63,885 bases of DNA, filler included, from Squatina squatina (GCA_031763465.1; 4 parts of 3 records of this genome joined end to end with filler, not necessarily neighbours in it); one strand, 5' to 3'. Shown: positions 12,753-25,500, numbered from the whole stretch's first letter. Notes: a model not told the origin generated them from the sequence alone. Numbers and translations: made by a program.

Positions 12753-14014
12753 ACATAACTAATTGCTATGCTTCCTAGTGCACATTACATAATTTTCAGT
12801 TATTTTGTCAGTTTTAAATTAATGACAACCTAAGTAAACCACGAAATATGTTTGCTGCAAACAGGAGTGTTTGACCATTCAATAATTCAATACATGTAAC
12901 AATATATTTATAATCGAGTTGTTCCATTTGTTAACAGCAATCAAAGGCAATTAAGTAAAAAGCGTTCAACAGTAATTTCCTCTAATAAAACTTTAACGTT
13001 ATGTTCAGTGTTATTTCTATCTCAAGATCAATTGAAATAAAATGTTTGCTTTCAGTTCAAACTCTGAAAGGGACCTTGTCATCTTCTTGGAGAAATTTCA
13101 ATCAGACCCAGGACTGGGATTAATCAGGGATAGGCTGCATGGGCCACCATGGAACGGTTTGAACTTCAGTTATTATAATATCTGATTCAATAAAAACTGT
13201 TGCAAAACATTTTTAAAAATGTATTTTTACCATTTATGTATCTACAATGACTGATATGCACGATGCACCAACATCCCTACTTACATCAGTGTTTATAAAA
13301 TCCAGTTAACAACACTAAGACAGCTTTCCATTTACATCACTGTTACTCAACTGATTAGACCAACAACCTCAAAGGCCAATCTCAGGAATACTTCACTATG
13401 GATTGACGGGATGTGACACCTATTCCTGTAATTCCCGATATAGTGAGTTCTTGGTTTCAGCCATGCCACTGTGGGTAGTTGGTAGATGAAACCAGTCGTT
13501 TCCTCAGAAAAAAAAGAGCCAATTACTCAGATTCAGTTGCCTTTTCACTTGTTATGCAGAAGCTAGGATAACCCTGTCTTTCAACACCATTCTCTTGCAT
13601 TATTGTGGTGGAAGGCTAGAATAGGGGAGAGGACAGCAACCCATCCTAATTTGGTTAATTTCAGGTTGATTTGAGGGCCCATTTTAAAAAGCCACGTTTT
13701 AACAAGTGAATGGGCAGTGAGACTGTGACTTTTACATCAATTTGATGTCAATAACCACACTTTACAGAATTTTTTTCTACATTTCTTTTGGAAAATCAAA
13801 TGTTCACTACTACTCATTGTCAAGCCACTCAGAACTTGCATTTATATAGCACCTTTAACATATGTAAAATACCCCAAGGTGTTTATTTATTCATCATTAT
13901 GGAGTCCAAGCAATGTCAGGTTTTTATCCTAATCTTTATTTCACTCTGCAGTTGATAGAAAATTTATTAAACATCTGCTGTATCGGTGGGATTATTCACC
14001 ATTCGAAGATTAAG

Positions 14015-14434
14015 TGAAAGGTAGGGCTTAAAGGGTTAATTTATGAGGCGAGGTTGCATACACTTGGCTTGTGTTGCCTAGAGTCTGGCAGGTTGAAGGG
14101 TGACCTAACCAGGGTGTTTCGATGATAACGGGAATTGATAGGTTAGGTACAGAGACAAGGAGGCACAATCTTCAAATTAGAGCTCGGCCATTCAGGAGTG
14201 AAATCAGACGGTACATTTTCACACAAAGGGTAGTGGAAATCTGGAACTGGCTTTCCAAAAGGCTGCGGACGCTCTGTCAATTGAAATTTTCAAGTTGATA
14301 GATTTTTGTTAGATAAGAGTATCAAGAAACATGGAACAAAAGCAGGTAAATGGAGTTGAGATACAAATGAGCCATGATCTGACTGAATGGCAGAAGTCTC
14401 AAAGGGCTGAATGGCCTACTCCTGTTCCTATTAT
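14015..14434 (+). mobile_element. CR1-clade LINE 3' end
   Basis: RT C-terminal remnant (acacaaagggtagtggaaatctggaac) followed by the 3' UTR gggctgaatggcctactcctgttcctat. Confidence 0.85.
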
Positions 14435-15165
14435 NNNNNNNNNNNNNNNNNNNNNNNNNNNNNNNNNNNNNNNNNNNNNNNNNNNNNNNNNNNNNNNNNN
14501 NNNNNNNNNNNNNNNNNNNNNNNNNNNNNNNNNNCCTTCTATTCCCTTCTCCCACATATGCTTATCTCACCTCCCCTTAAATGTATGTACACTATTTGCC
14601 TCAACCACTCCCTGTGATAACGAGTTCCACATTCTGACCATTCTCTGGGTAAAGAAGTTTCTTCTGAATCTGGTCTCTGATTAGCACAAACAATACAGTT
14701 CCTTATTGTGACATTTTCAGCACCTCTCTTTACCGAGTTTCATAGATTTTCATGGACTGGGTGTCAATCAGACTAGTCCGAAATATTGCTGTTAAAAGTC
14801 ACTTAAACAACCTATTAAGCGTACTGAAAGACTGCACAGCTTAGTATCGATATAAACTGACAGAAAGGTAGTAAACATATAACGGCCATCCCTACTCGCA
14901 CTGGGTTCATCAGTGGACTAATTCCTAAAGCCCTTTTGTAAAATGTTTCATTCACTTTAATCTTCCCTTCTAACTTGCTATTAAAAATATGCTGGATCCT
15001 TAATGGAAGTGCAGTTTGAAAATGCTAATAGTTGTAACTTTTACAAGCACTTCTTCATATTCCAAATTCATGAAACCTTGAGCTCCAGTTGCACAAACTA
15101 ACCTATGAAAGTGGAAAAAGGAGAGAGAGACAAACAGATAGGCAGGAGATAATGAGACCATTTAC

Positions 15166-15233
15166 CTGATCCAATCAGATGACTGAACGGCCAGCTGGCA
15201 CATTGTGAGGCGGTGTCGACTGGAGACAAGTCC
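15166..15233 (-). CDS. NMNAT2: NMNAT2 exon 3 (68 nt)
   Basis: ttgcag|[22 protein letters not shown](R)|gtaaat versus human [23 protein letters not shown]. Phase fits the exon at 15849-15937. Confidence 0.96.
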
Positions 15234-15848
15234 CTGCAATTAATAAGTGGAGAGAATGAAATATTAATAGATACATAATCTGAAGAATGAAATTATGGAC
15301 GGCAAAAAAGTGCCTTACAACTTGATTGGCTGCTTCGTGAGGTGCATAAAGGTCACAAATAACAGGGATACGAGAACTGTTTTTAATATTCATTTTGTTT
15401 CAGTTGAGCAGTATCCAATTGAACTCAAGACTTTTTTTTAAGTTGATTAATAATCATCTCTTTGGTGNNNNNNNNNNNNNNNNNNNNNNNNNNNNNNNNN
15501 NNNNNNNNNNNNNNNNNNNNNNNNNNNNNNNNNNNNNNNNNNNNNNNNNNNNNNNNNNNNNNNNNNNTACAGAGGGACAGTGGGACTTGAGAAATAAATC
15601 TAATGGGGAGGGGAAAGAGAGCAATTGAATACTAGTCAGTATTGATTTCCGTTTCATATGACAATGCAGAAAAAATCCTCCACTTTCTTTGTGAGACATG
15701 TAGCAGTTAGTAGTACACTAGAAAAATGAGTGGCTTTATAGTTTGAATCATTTTTGAAAATCTAGTGATGTGTGTAACATCCCGTGTTTTGAAGGGTAAA
15801 ACTAACCTTCAGCGCTTGGAATACAACAATTATTCTGCACAGTTTTAC

Positions 15849-15937
15849 CTGTTTTCCATAGGATTCATGAACTGGTGAGATGATTCCCCCAATCACGATG
15901 TACCGTCCTGTCTTGTGCAGGTAATCACGGGCTCTTT
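15849..15937 (-). CDS. NMNAT2: NMNAT2 exon 2 (89 nt)
   Basis: tttcag|(E)[29 protein letters not shown]|gtaaaa versus human [30 protein letters not shown]. Confidence 0.97.
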
Positions 15938-16883
15938 CTGAAAGCACAAATGAAAAAGCTGAATTTACAAGATACGTGGAATTGTATGCTGATCCACATG
16001 CTCGATCCAAGCACTATATTTCAAAGCACTAATCAGTTCCCATTCAATAACCCTGATCAAGGGAAGAAATTTAGATACAATTTTCCAAGTATTCTTCACA
16101 TATTTTGGGAGTTTACAGAGAAATACGGATTTTTAAGAGGTCCCTAGCAGAAACCCCCAAAAAGTCTAAAAACTGGCTTCAGCTGTAAGGAGACTTTGGG
16201 TTAGAAATTCAACTCATTTGTGCCTCTCGGGGGGTTTGTGACCCTTCCCTCACTTAAAGGGAAGGCCTCACGCTGCCGATTCTCCTGGACCACCAAGGAG
16301 CGGGGGTGCCATGCAATCAGCCCAGCACTCAAGCAGATCGCCAGGCTGAGCGATCGTGACCAGGACCCCTGAGGCTCTCATGTACTTACCTCACTGTAAT
16401 ATATTTCACTCTCTTTATATTGCTCACTCACTCATTTTGTTAGTCTCTCATTCCCTGTGTCTCCTCTCTTCTGTGTCTCATCCAATCTCTCTATATGGCT
16501 TTCACACATAATCCTTTACTAATGTACTCAATTTCTATCTTTTACTTTCTTTAAATCAGCAAGTACACAGCAAGTGATAGCCAGCATTTATTTGGAGTAC
16601 TCGGGAACTGAGGGTTAGAACACTCATGATGCTTCCAGGGATAACTCTGGGGGCTAAAGTCTGTGAGCATTCAGAGGTGGGTTTTGTGTTGGGAGAACCT
16701 AGTGGGGGGTGAACCCAGGTGGTCTAAAAGAGCTCATCTGGAAATGGAATGAATGCAACAGTTGGCTCCTGCTACCAATGTATNNNNNNNNNNNNNNNNN
16801 NNNNNNNNNNNNNNNNNNNNNNNNNNNNNNNNNNNNNNNNNNNNNNNNNNNNNNNNNNNNNNNNNNNNNNNNNNNNNNNNNNN

Positions 16884-17360
16884 CAGTGCATTCCAAAATC
16901 CTAACCAGTCACTGCATAAAAAAGGTTTTTCTCATTTTGCCTCTGGTTCTTTTGACAATCACCTTAAACCTGTGCCCTCTAGTTATCGACCCATCAGCCA
17001 TTGGAAACAGTTTCTCTTTATTTACTATCTGAACCCTTCATGATTTTAAACACCTCAAAAAAATCTCCTCTTAACCTTTTCTGCTCCAATCCCAGTCTAT
17101 CCACGTAATTGTGATCCCTCATCCCCGGAACCATTCTAGTAAATCTTCTCTGTACCCTCTCCAAAGCCTTCACGTCCTTCCTAAAATGTGGTGCCCAGAA
17201 TTGGATGCAATACTCCAGCTGGAACTGAACTAATGTTTCACATACGTTGAGCATAACTTCCTGTTAACCTGCCCTGCCACCTTCAAGGATTTGTGCACAA
17301 ACACCACAAACTCTCTCTGTTCTTGCACTCCCTTTAAAATTGTACCAATAGGTTTGTATT
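16884..17360 (-). mobile_element. CR1-clade LINE RT C-terminal fragment
   Basis: ORF 17018-17254 LEYCIQFWAPHFRKDVKALERVQRRFTRMVPGMR is a hallmark CR1 ORF2 motif. Confidence 0.92.
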
Positions 17361-17488
17361 GGCCCTGAAATTGCGATCAGAGCCTCTGNNNNNNNNNNNN
17401 NNNNNNNNNNNNNNNNNNNNNNNNNNNNNNNNNNNNNNNNNNNNNNNNNNNNNNNNNNNNNNNNNNNNNNNNNNNNNNNNNNNNNNNN

Positions 17489-18768
17489 ATTCTCTGCCCA
17501 GTGGAACCTTTGATGTGTGTATCCAGTGGGATGCAATGGTGTCCGCTCTGATGGTCATCCTGTGTTTACTGGCGGGGTTTGCCCCACCAAGTTGAGGGAG
17601 CAGGGCCCATGCTTTCCTGCTGGAGTGAGTGAAGTTAGTCTTCTCCACAAGGCTCCTCCACCTTTCACATCTCGCCAAGTTCAAGGACTCCGCATTGCGG
17701 TGGCCGTGGCTGGATTCTTGTTCAGCGAGTACTCCTGGTCGAGAGCCTCGCTTTCTTCTGTCCAACAAGGAATCTATGTCTTTCTAAGCCCCTGAGATAT
17801 ACTGCGTTTTGTGGCATATAATAATTCCTATAAATCTGTTGAAGGCATTGGTGTTGGCGGAATCCACCGGATGCTGGTGTCAACTGACCTTTGGAAGGTT
17901 TCCCAGTCTGCTTTCCTGAAATTCCATTGTGGTTCCGGTGTTAATGTAATGACAGGAATTTCAGTGCCAATGCTGATGATTGCGGACTTGTGGCTACTGT
18001 TGGGAAAGTCGTCAAGAACTGTTCTGGAGGTGATGATTGGGTTTCCTTTGCTGTCTTTAGAGAGGAAACATAGGTCTGGATTATATTCTCTCTGCCTCCT
18101 TGATGAATGAAATGTGCCTCGATCTTTGCCATCGAAAAGGAGGAATTTATTCTCTTGTGAAGCCCACTGTACAATTGCTGCTCCATGATAGTTGGCGTGT
18201 GTGGTGGCCATTAAAGTCTCTGGGATGGATGGATGGATGTTGACTAGGATGAAGTGGTGGGTCAGGCCACTGTATGAGTGGTGGTTTGTAGGCATTGGAG
18301 ATTGTTGGCTCTCCTACATGTATTGCTGTAGTGAAAACTCCGGCCAATACCGGTATGCTCGAGTTCAGTGCGGCCTTTGATGCCTTGTTTGACACAGCAT
18401 GCCAGGCCATATTCGGGATGGTTATTGCAGGTGATTAGGTTAAAACCTGTGAGACATCCTCTTGTGTCGAACTGGTGGATGTGTTCGATGTGTGTTTCTT
18501 CAAGAACTGGGACATCAGCGCTGTGTTTCTTGAGTAACCTTTCAAGCTAATCGCATTTTGAACAAGAGGTGCCTTTGATGTTGAGTTGGCATATTCGGAT
18601 TGCTGGGCCTACATGTAGATTTCTTTGGTCCTGGACAGGACCGTTCGATTTGCTACTCACACCGGAAGGCCGATTTAACAACAAGTTCGGTGTCCTTTGA
18701 GACGACATTAGTTGTGACCTAAGATCACATAACAGGGTGGGCGCGAGAAGGTTGTCACCATCCACCCC
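17489..18768 (-). mobile_element. Ingi/Vingi-like non-LTR retrotransposon, intact 5' end with APE endonuclease (decayed; 3' part cut by a gap)
   Basis: Peptides across frameshifts and stops: IRICQLNIKG, (V)LEETH, AYKPP, DFNGHH, LLFDGKDRGTFHSSRRQREYNPDLCFLS, WNFRKADW, NFTHSSRKAWALL. The endonuclease starts near the 5' end with no ORF1. Clade assignment is from recalled motifs. Confidence 0.75.
18701..18768 (-). ncRNA. HDV-like self-cleaving ribozyme fold at the retroelement 5' end (P3 damaged in this copy)
   Basis: P1 GGGGUGG/CCACCCU with G1-U wobble; P2 GGUGACA/UGUCGUC; P3 5' ACC plus L3 UUCUCGC; P4 UGUGAUC/GGUCACA; J4/2 ACUAA carrying the catalytic-C equivalent at 18711. Confidence 0.75.
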
Positions 18769-19336
18769 AGTGAGGCAGTTACAGGCAGGAGGTCATGTGA
18801 TGAATCCTCCAGGAGTATGTCCAACCAGAGTTGGCAACTCTAACTAGGGCCAGTGGGCCACATGCAATGCCCCCACCCCCATCCCCACGGCCCAGAAATC
18901 CTGCCCTCAAAGTGCAGGCCAGTCAGTCACATTTGTGCTTACATTTCCTATTCGCTGGTTTGTAGTGTCAGAATTTTGTGAAGGTTCTCGTCGCTGCTGC
19001 CACATTGCTGAATAAATCCTAAACCAGAACACCGAGATNNNNNNNNNNNNNNNNNNNNNNNNNNNNNNNNNNNNNNNNNNNNNNNNNNNNNNNNNNNNNN
19101 NNNNNNNNNNNNNNNNNNNNNNNNNNNNNNNNNNNNNNCATATTTTCAGATCGTGTCCATTGCCAAAGCGTGCATTAATGCAGTCTATTAAAAAGGCATG
19201 ACCTGTTTGAAACTTTTCTTCTAAACAGTACTTTTCTAATTTGGCACAAAATGAGAAGGAAAAGCATAGTCATGTCTGGGAAGGTAAGCTTATCTTTTAA
19301 GATTGATGTGCCATTGAATTCTGTTTTTCTGAACAG

Positions 19337-19454
19337 ATTCAAAGTTGGGTCCGGCTGAAGTCTGGACTTCCAGGCAGGCTCTACAGGACCTCTACCAGAA
19401 GATGCTGGTCACAGATTTGGAGTATGCACTGGATAAGAAGGTGGAGCAGGACCT
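19337..19454 (+). CDS. SMG7: SMG7 (nonsense-mediated decay factor) N-terminal internal exon, 118 nt
   Basis: aacag|(D)SKLGPAEVWTSRQALQDLYQKMLVTDLEYALDKKVEQD(L)|gtaagt, essentially identical to human SMG7 as recalled. Divergent from NMNAT2, as in human. Missed by the ORF track. Confidence 0.96.
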
Positions 19455-20519
19455 GTAAGTATGCAACAAGTTCCAGTCACATCACAGAAATGTCATTTGC
19501 TTCCCTGTCCCAGTTCCTATTTTCTCTTTGGTTTATATACTTGGTTGATCATAGTTGCCTAAGAATACAAATTGGGCAACTCAGCTGTAAAAGGAGGAAA
19601 CAGAAGCAAATGGTTGAGGCAATGTCAAAATGTGACTTTTTTTTGGCTTGGATTCTGTTCTATTGTATCTGACCCAGACACTGCTTATCTGCTGTTATTA
19701 GTATCTGGTTACATTATGCTGATTTGTAACGTGTTAGGCACTTTGGAAAGGAACTGCAGTGGGTATGACAGTACTCTGGAAACTAGATTTTAGTTCTGTT
19801 TTGGTTCTTGAAGTGGGCAGTGTGTTGGGGTATTAAACAAAGGTAAATTTACAATGGGATAAATTATCTTTCAAGACAAATCTTGCCTATAGATACCTGA
19901 GTAATATTAATATTTGTGGTATGATCTCATTAAAGGATGGGTCAAGGTGAGCACTTGTCTTAAGCTGTGTTTATATCAGTTGTGCCTCTTACTGCATTCA
20001 CTCAGGTGAATATTGGATTATGTCTGACAGTCTGGGAGCTTTGCTGTTTATTATTAGCATGCAAGGCATTTTATTAGGTACTAGTTGATCTCCTATGCCA
20101 AGTACATACAGCAAGTTGGAGAATATTGTTACTCTTACCTATCTAATATCTGTGTTGCTCTGCCCCTTTGACACTCCTTCCGCTTTCATTTTCTCTCTCT
20201 CTCGCTCTCTCTGTCTGCCTTTCCTTCCTCCCTCTCTGACTTGCTTCCTTTCACACACTCTCTGTTTATTTGCTTTCCTCTGTCTTCTGCTTCTGTGACT
20301 TTTTCTTACCAGGTGGGAGGTGATGGGTAGGATGGCATTGTGTAGTGAGGAAAGAAGTTGCCAATGGCTGCAGGCTGCTTTTATGCGCATGGTTGTGGGG
20401 AAATTGCAGTGCTCAGCAGCTCCTGTCTCATATCCTTCCCCAATCACTCATGCAGCACCCCATCCTCTCAAACCCATCACTCCTGTACCATCCCCTACCC
20501 CATCAGCTTTGAATCTACC

Positions 20520-20792
20520 AGCCTTGGCTAAGGAGTAGCACTCTTGCCTCACTCCAGAGACCTGAACGCATAATCTAAACTGACGCTTCACTGCAGTGCT
20601 GAGGGACCAATACGACCAAAACAGATTATCTGGTCATTTATCTGCTTACTATTTGTCGGGCCCTGCTGTATGCAAATTGACTGTAGCATTTTCCTACATT
20701 ACGATAGTGACTGCACTTCAGAAAGTCATTCATTGACCGAAATGTTCTGGGGCATCTTGAAGTCATGAAAGGTACTATATAAACGCAAGGTT
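20520..20792 (+). mobile_element. tRNA-derived Deu-type SINE (SacSINE1-like), internally deleted
   Basis: Head ccttggctaaggagtagcactcttgcct; core aacagattatctggtcatt...gcaaattgactg; tail gaaaggtactatataaacgcaag. Confidence 0.75.
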
Positions 20793-21546
20793 TTTTAAAT
20801 CTTAAACTACCCACTCAGCCCTATATCTCTCTCTGTTCTCTTTCTCCCCCCCACTCCCCCTTCCACTGTTGCTTGCCTCAGTCTTAACCCTCCATCTTCT
20901 TCTCACCCCCAGTGGCAAGAAGTCAGTGTCCCCCTAACCTCTACCAGTTTTCCTCCCCCGCCCCCACCGGTCTGTTTGCCTCAGAAACTTTGTTTGCATT
21001 CAAAACTGAACATTTCTTTTTACAGCAAAAAATCATATAACGAAAGGGACGGTCCATCTTTCTCTTAGCATGTTGCATTCTTTCTTTCTTTCTTGCACTT
21101 TCACTCCCGCATGTTTGCTCTCTTGCTCTCTGCATAGACATTCTCGATCTCTCTCTTCCCCACTCCAACCCCACCCTCACCACCCTCATAGGTGTGAGCA
21201 TTTAGAATTGATCTTTTCTAACAGTCAAATGGAGATTATAGTTGGAGCTAAAACACAGTGGCCTTTTTTGAAAATTGTTTCATCATTTTCAAGTGAAGAG
21301 GTTGATTTTAATTTATAATGTTGGGGGGGAATGGAAAACTTGAGGTAAACCAATGTAAAGGAAGAAATCTGATTTTAAAAGCAAAAGAATTAAGGGAACA
21401 ATTAAGATTGTCAAAGTTGCACTTGCAGGGTTGTGAAATGTTGCAGCTTTGAATCTTTTATTGTCACCCTGAAGCACTTCATTTCTGAGGGATCCTGATC
21501 AGACTAAAACTAGGGAAACATGGCAACAAAAATTCTAATAGTCAGC

Positions 21547-21646
21547 NNNNNNNNNNNNNNNNNNNNNNNNNNNNNNNNNNNNNNNNNNNNTTAATTAATT
21601 AANNNNNNNNNNNNNNNNNNNNNNNNNNNNNNNNNNNNNNNNNNNN
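21547..21646. other. Artificial scaffold-joining linker N44-TTAATTAATTAA-N44
   Basis: Exactly 100 nt; the central 12-mer (21591-21602) puts stops in all six frames; gene neighbourhood changes across it. Confidence 0.95.
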
Positions 21647-21729
21647 GATGAAGATCGTCAGAAGGACAGCCAGAATGCCGACTATGGCACCTTGGAGCAG
21701 GAGGCTGTGCAAAAGAGTAAGAGGGGAAG

Positions 21730-22530
21730 CCTAATGCGATAGTTGTTGGAAATTCAATAATTAGAGAGATGGATAGCATCCTTTCTAAGCAAGATCTAGA
21801 GTCCGATATGTTATGTTGCTACCTGCAACTTGGTGCCAGGGTGAGGGACATCTCGAACCGGCTTGAAAGGATGTTGGAGAGTGAGGGGGAGGATCCAGTC
21901 GTTGCAGTCCCTGTTAGGACTAACAACATAGGAACAAGTAGGCACGAGGTCCTGTTCAGAGATCACCAGGAGCGCGGAGCTAAATTAAGAAACAAGACCT
22001 CAAGGGTTATAGTCTCTGGCTTATTTAATAGGGATATTAACTTCCAGAACGATTGGAATAAGCAGACGAGCTCATATCAGAAAGGTAGCGAATTTATTAA
22101 GTATATTCAGGATAGTTTTCTGTAACAATATGTCCTAGAAACTACATAGGGACAGACCATATTAGGTCTAATAATGAATAATGTGCCAGATTTAGTTACC
22201 AGCCGAACAAGTTAATCGTCATTAGCAACCACAATATGATTTGAGTTCAAAGTTGTGTTTGAAGGGAGAAACATGAAACAGCTGCTAAGATTCTAGCTTT
22301 AGGCAAGGCTGACTTCAACTGGATGAGACAGAGACTGCCCACAGTAAACTGGGCAAATCTGTTAATGGGTAAAATGACAGAAGATCAGTGGGAAATGTTA
22401 AAAAATAATTTAATGTGATACACAACCAGTTTATGCTCCTCAGTGGCAAGAGCTCTACTTGCCAAAAAAAAATAGCCATGGATGACAAAAGAGGTGAGGG
22501 ACAGCATAAAACCAGAAGAAAAAGCATTTG
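21730..22530 (+). mobile_element. CR1 LINE remnant: ORF1 SGNH-esterase region joined to ORF2 endonuclease region
   Basis: AIVVGNSIIR...GARVRDI...EGEDPVV...RTNNIG...KTSRVIVSGL (ORF1 esterase), then INFQNDW...GSEFIKYIQDSFL*QYVLE (ORF2 endonuclease), with stops and frameshifts downstream. Confidence 0.8.
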
Positions 22531-25500
22531 TTTAAGTTCTGGATGTGCACTCATAATCCACAGCCTACCTTTTGTAGCACTGTAAACAGTCTCATGAACT
22601 TTCACTCCAGTAACTAGTCTTGACAAATATGTTGTAGCACGTCATACATTTTACACTGAATGAAGTGCTATAAATGGCTTTAAGTCCAAATGAAAGCTAA
22701 TTTCAATAAAACTCATAAGACTGCATTCAATTTTCAATAGAAGGTATGACAGTTTCATAATGTCAACAATGTTGTGTTCAGACAGCAATTTTCCAAAAGT
22801 AGTTTCCTATTGTTGCTGTTAGAAATTTCAATGAAAATAACTTGCAGTAAACCTTATTTCCTGGAGAGGTCTATTTTTTGACTGACACTTAAATCATCCC
22901 CAATAAATAGGAAAATCCATCTCCCTTTTGAACTCTTCAGCTGTAATTCATTTTTTGCACTGCCCTCTGGTTTTAATCAAGACTTGATTATGTAACTCAT
23001 CTTCATACGCTCCCATCTTTAGCATTTTGACCTGGATTTTTATTATGTAAAACAGTATCTGCTTGCTGCTGCAGTGATTTTCCACTGTTGTTTGTATTAT
23101 AAATGCCTAAATATTCCATTGGCTGCAGTTTGGCGTGTAGCACAAGAGAAAAAGGAATACCATGAGTGAAAAGCAAGAGAAGGACATCTGGCCCAGCTGT
23201 AAAGTGTGGGCTGGATTGGAAAAGTTATATTATTGATTCCACAAACTTCCTCCACCCTTTAGTCATTAAACACATAGCTGGAACACTGTCCTGCTGACAT
23301 GATTCCAGTGTCTGAGAATCCGCTAGATCACAATTTTATTCCCTTTTTTTCCCTTTATTTATTTGCCTTGTATTCTGATGTAGAATCATTAGGGATTTTT
23401 AAAATTTCCATTGTCCTCTTTTACAGTATTCTATATATTTTTGAGTTTCACTTGGGTTTATAGGCTTTCATGGCATTTTACTTTTTTAAAAAAACCTTAT
23501 TCCTAAAATCAGGATTTCACCATTAACCATGGTTACCTTTCTGCCACAATTTATTTAAAATTGCATAAAAAAGAGAACAGATTAAAAAGATAATCAACTG
23601 TTTGTACACACTTCCAAAACTTAAAAATATTGCCTTTACTTGGAAACGTCTGATCAATTTTAAATTACAGATNNNNNNNNNNNNNNNNNNNNNNNNNNNN
23701 NNNNNNNNNNNNNNNNNNNNNNNNNNNNNNNNNNNNNNNNNNNNNNNNNNNNNNNNNNNNNNNNNNNNNNNNATTGCATTTAAAAATAGTCATGAGCTGC
23801 ATAATACTAATAGCATATCTGTTGAAGTGTTAGTGTCTCACAAATTGGCTGTTTGTCTCTGTTTAACTATTGGGTACTTAGACTAGTCATTTGTGCTAAA
23901 AATTGGCAAAGCCAATTCAAAAGCAAGGAAATGGTATTCAGTATTCTTAGTGGTTTAAAAAAATCATGAAACTTGTATTCTGGAGTAGCAAAAAACATCA
24001 ATTCAGAAGACAATTATCAGATTTAAAAGGACCTTGAGTTCTGTATTAGCTGAAGTATTTAGTCTGCATTAGTCTATATGCTGCTTGGCCTTTTGCTTGC
24101 TGAAGAATTGTTTTTTAATATTGAATGATAAATGCAAAGCCCAGATGTCAGCCCAAGAACATTGCATAATTTTAGCTCAAAGATTAATTTATAGCTGGGC
24201 CTTCCTAGTGTTTAACAGCACAAGCAGAAATGATATGTGGTAGTAAAGCACAAAGTAATTCAACGTTTAAAATAATATAATGGAACTCCTTTTCTATCCT
24301 AATTTGCTTATACAACCAAAATGAATGAAACTCTTGTTGCCATGAAAACTGAGGTCCAAATCTTCCATTGTTTAGTCCACACAGAGCAGTGAAAGGCATG
24401 TCACAGATCAATGGAAACTGGTGCCTCTGGCCATAATGGACTTAAGTTCTGTACAACGATTTTCTTAATTTTACTTTCAAATATGATCCTTTCTTACAGC
24501 TGAACTTAAATTGGGTCGGAATTCCAATCTTTTTGAAAAGCATTTATTGAGTTTTAGGGCAGACACATAACCTGAAAAGGTGGAAAATGCAGCACTACGT
24601 TTGAATGAAAGAGTTTTTGAATAATTATGTTGCATCAATAGGGAGAAAGCAAAACTTTCCACTGACTGTTCACTGTAATTGAATTTTTGACTTTCTAATT
24701 TCCCTATNNNNNNNNNNNNNNNNNNNNNNNNNNNNNNNNNNNNNNNNNNNNNNNNNNNNNNNNNNNNNNNNNNNNNNNNNNNNNNNNNNNNNNNNNNNNN
24801 NNNNNNNACACTTTGAACATCTTCTGGGTAGGGTAGTGTAAATGAAAACCTTAGATTCACTCAAGTTGACAGATGGCATAATGGAAGTGGTGTATTTATT
24901 CTTATTCTGGATGGATGAGCTAGGGTGGATTGAATGGCCTCCCTCGTCTGTATCTATCTTAAGAAAATAAACCTTGCAAATTCACAATGTCCCCTAATTA
25001 GTGTTCACAGGTGGTATCTATCCATTCTGTCTCCTCACTGTACAGAAAGAAAATACACCTGCCTTACAATTTCTGAGCTATCCTGCTGCCTCTTATTTTA
25101 ATAAGCTATGCAAATCTCTATTTAAATTATAGTCACAGCCATAGCTATCTACAAATGCTAATTGTGAATGTTTCCCCTGACATTTCCACTGCTTTTGTGC
25201 TTAGTGTCTCTGGTATTTGCTGCCACCAATTCTACACTGAAGCACTCTTGTCTTTCTCCCAGAGCCTTTTATGTAGGTGTCCCTGCAATTAATTGTTGCT
25301 GTAGTTGCTTTCATCAGCAGTACAATTGCAAAGATTTCTCCATCGCCATCAATGCTTCCTTTATTGACTGCAGCTGATTTCATGGCTACTGCACCCTAGC
25401 AGCTAATTTCAATTGAACTGGGTTCTCCAGCAATCCTAGAGTATTTACTCTGGTTCTGAAGACAAGCTTCCAGTAATAATCACTCTGAGCAGGCTACTTG

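Noticed and set aside
6512-15165. Loss of NMNAT2 exons 4-10 (pseudogene)
   Set aside because: The visible exons are intact with good splice sites, and several gaps of unknown size can hold the rest.
18590-18660. 2A ribosome-skipping peptide at the LINE N-terminus, as in L1Tc/ingi
   Set aside because: The sequence reads SKSNGPVQDQRNLHVGP, which does not match DxExNPGP.
21591-21602. Recurring TTAATTAATTAA palindrome as a biological site
   Set aside because: It is always centred in exactly 44+44 Ns, so it is a synthetic linker.
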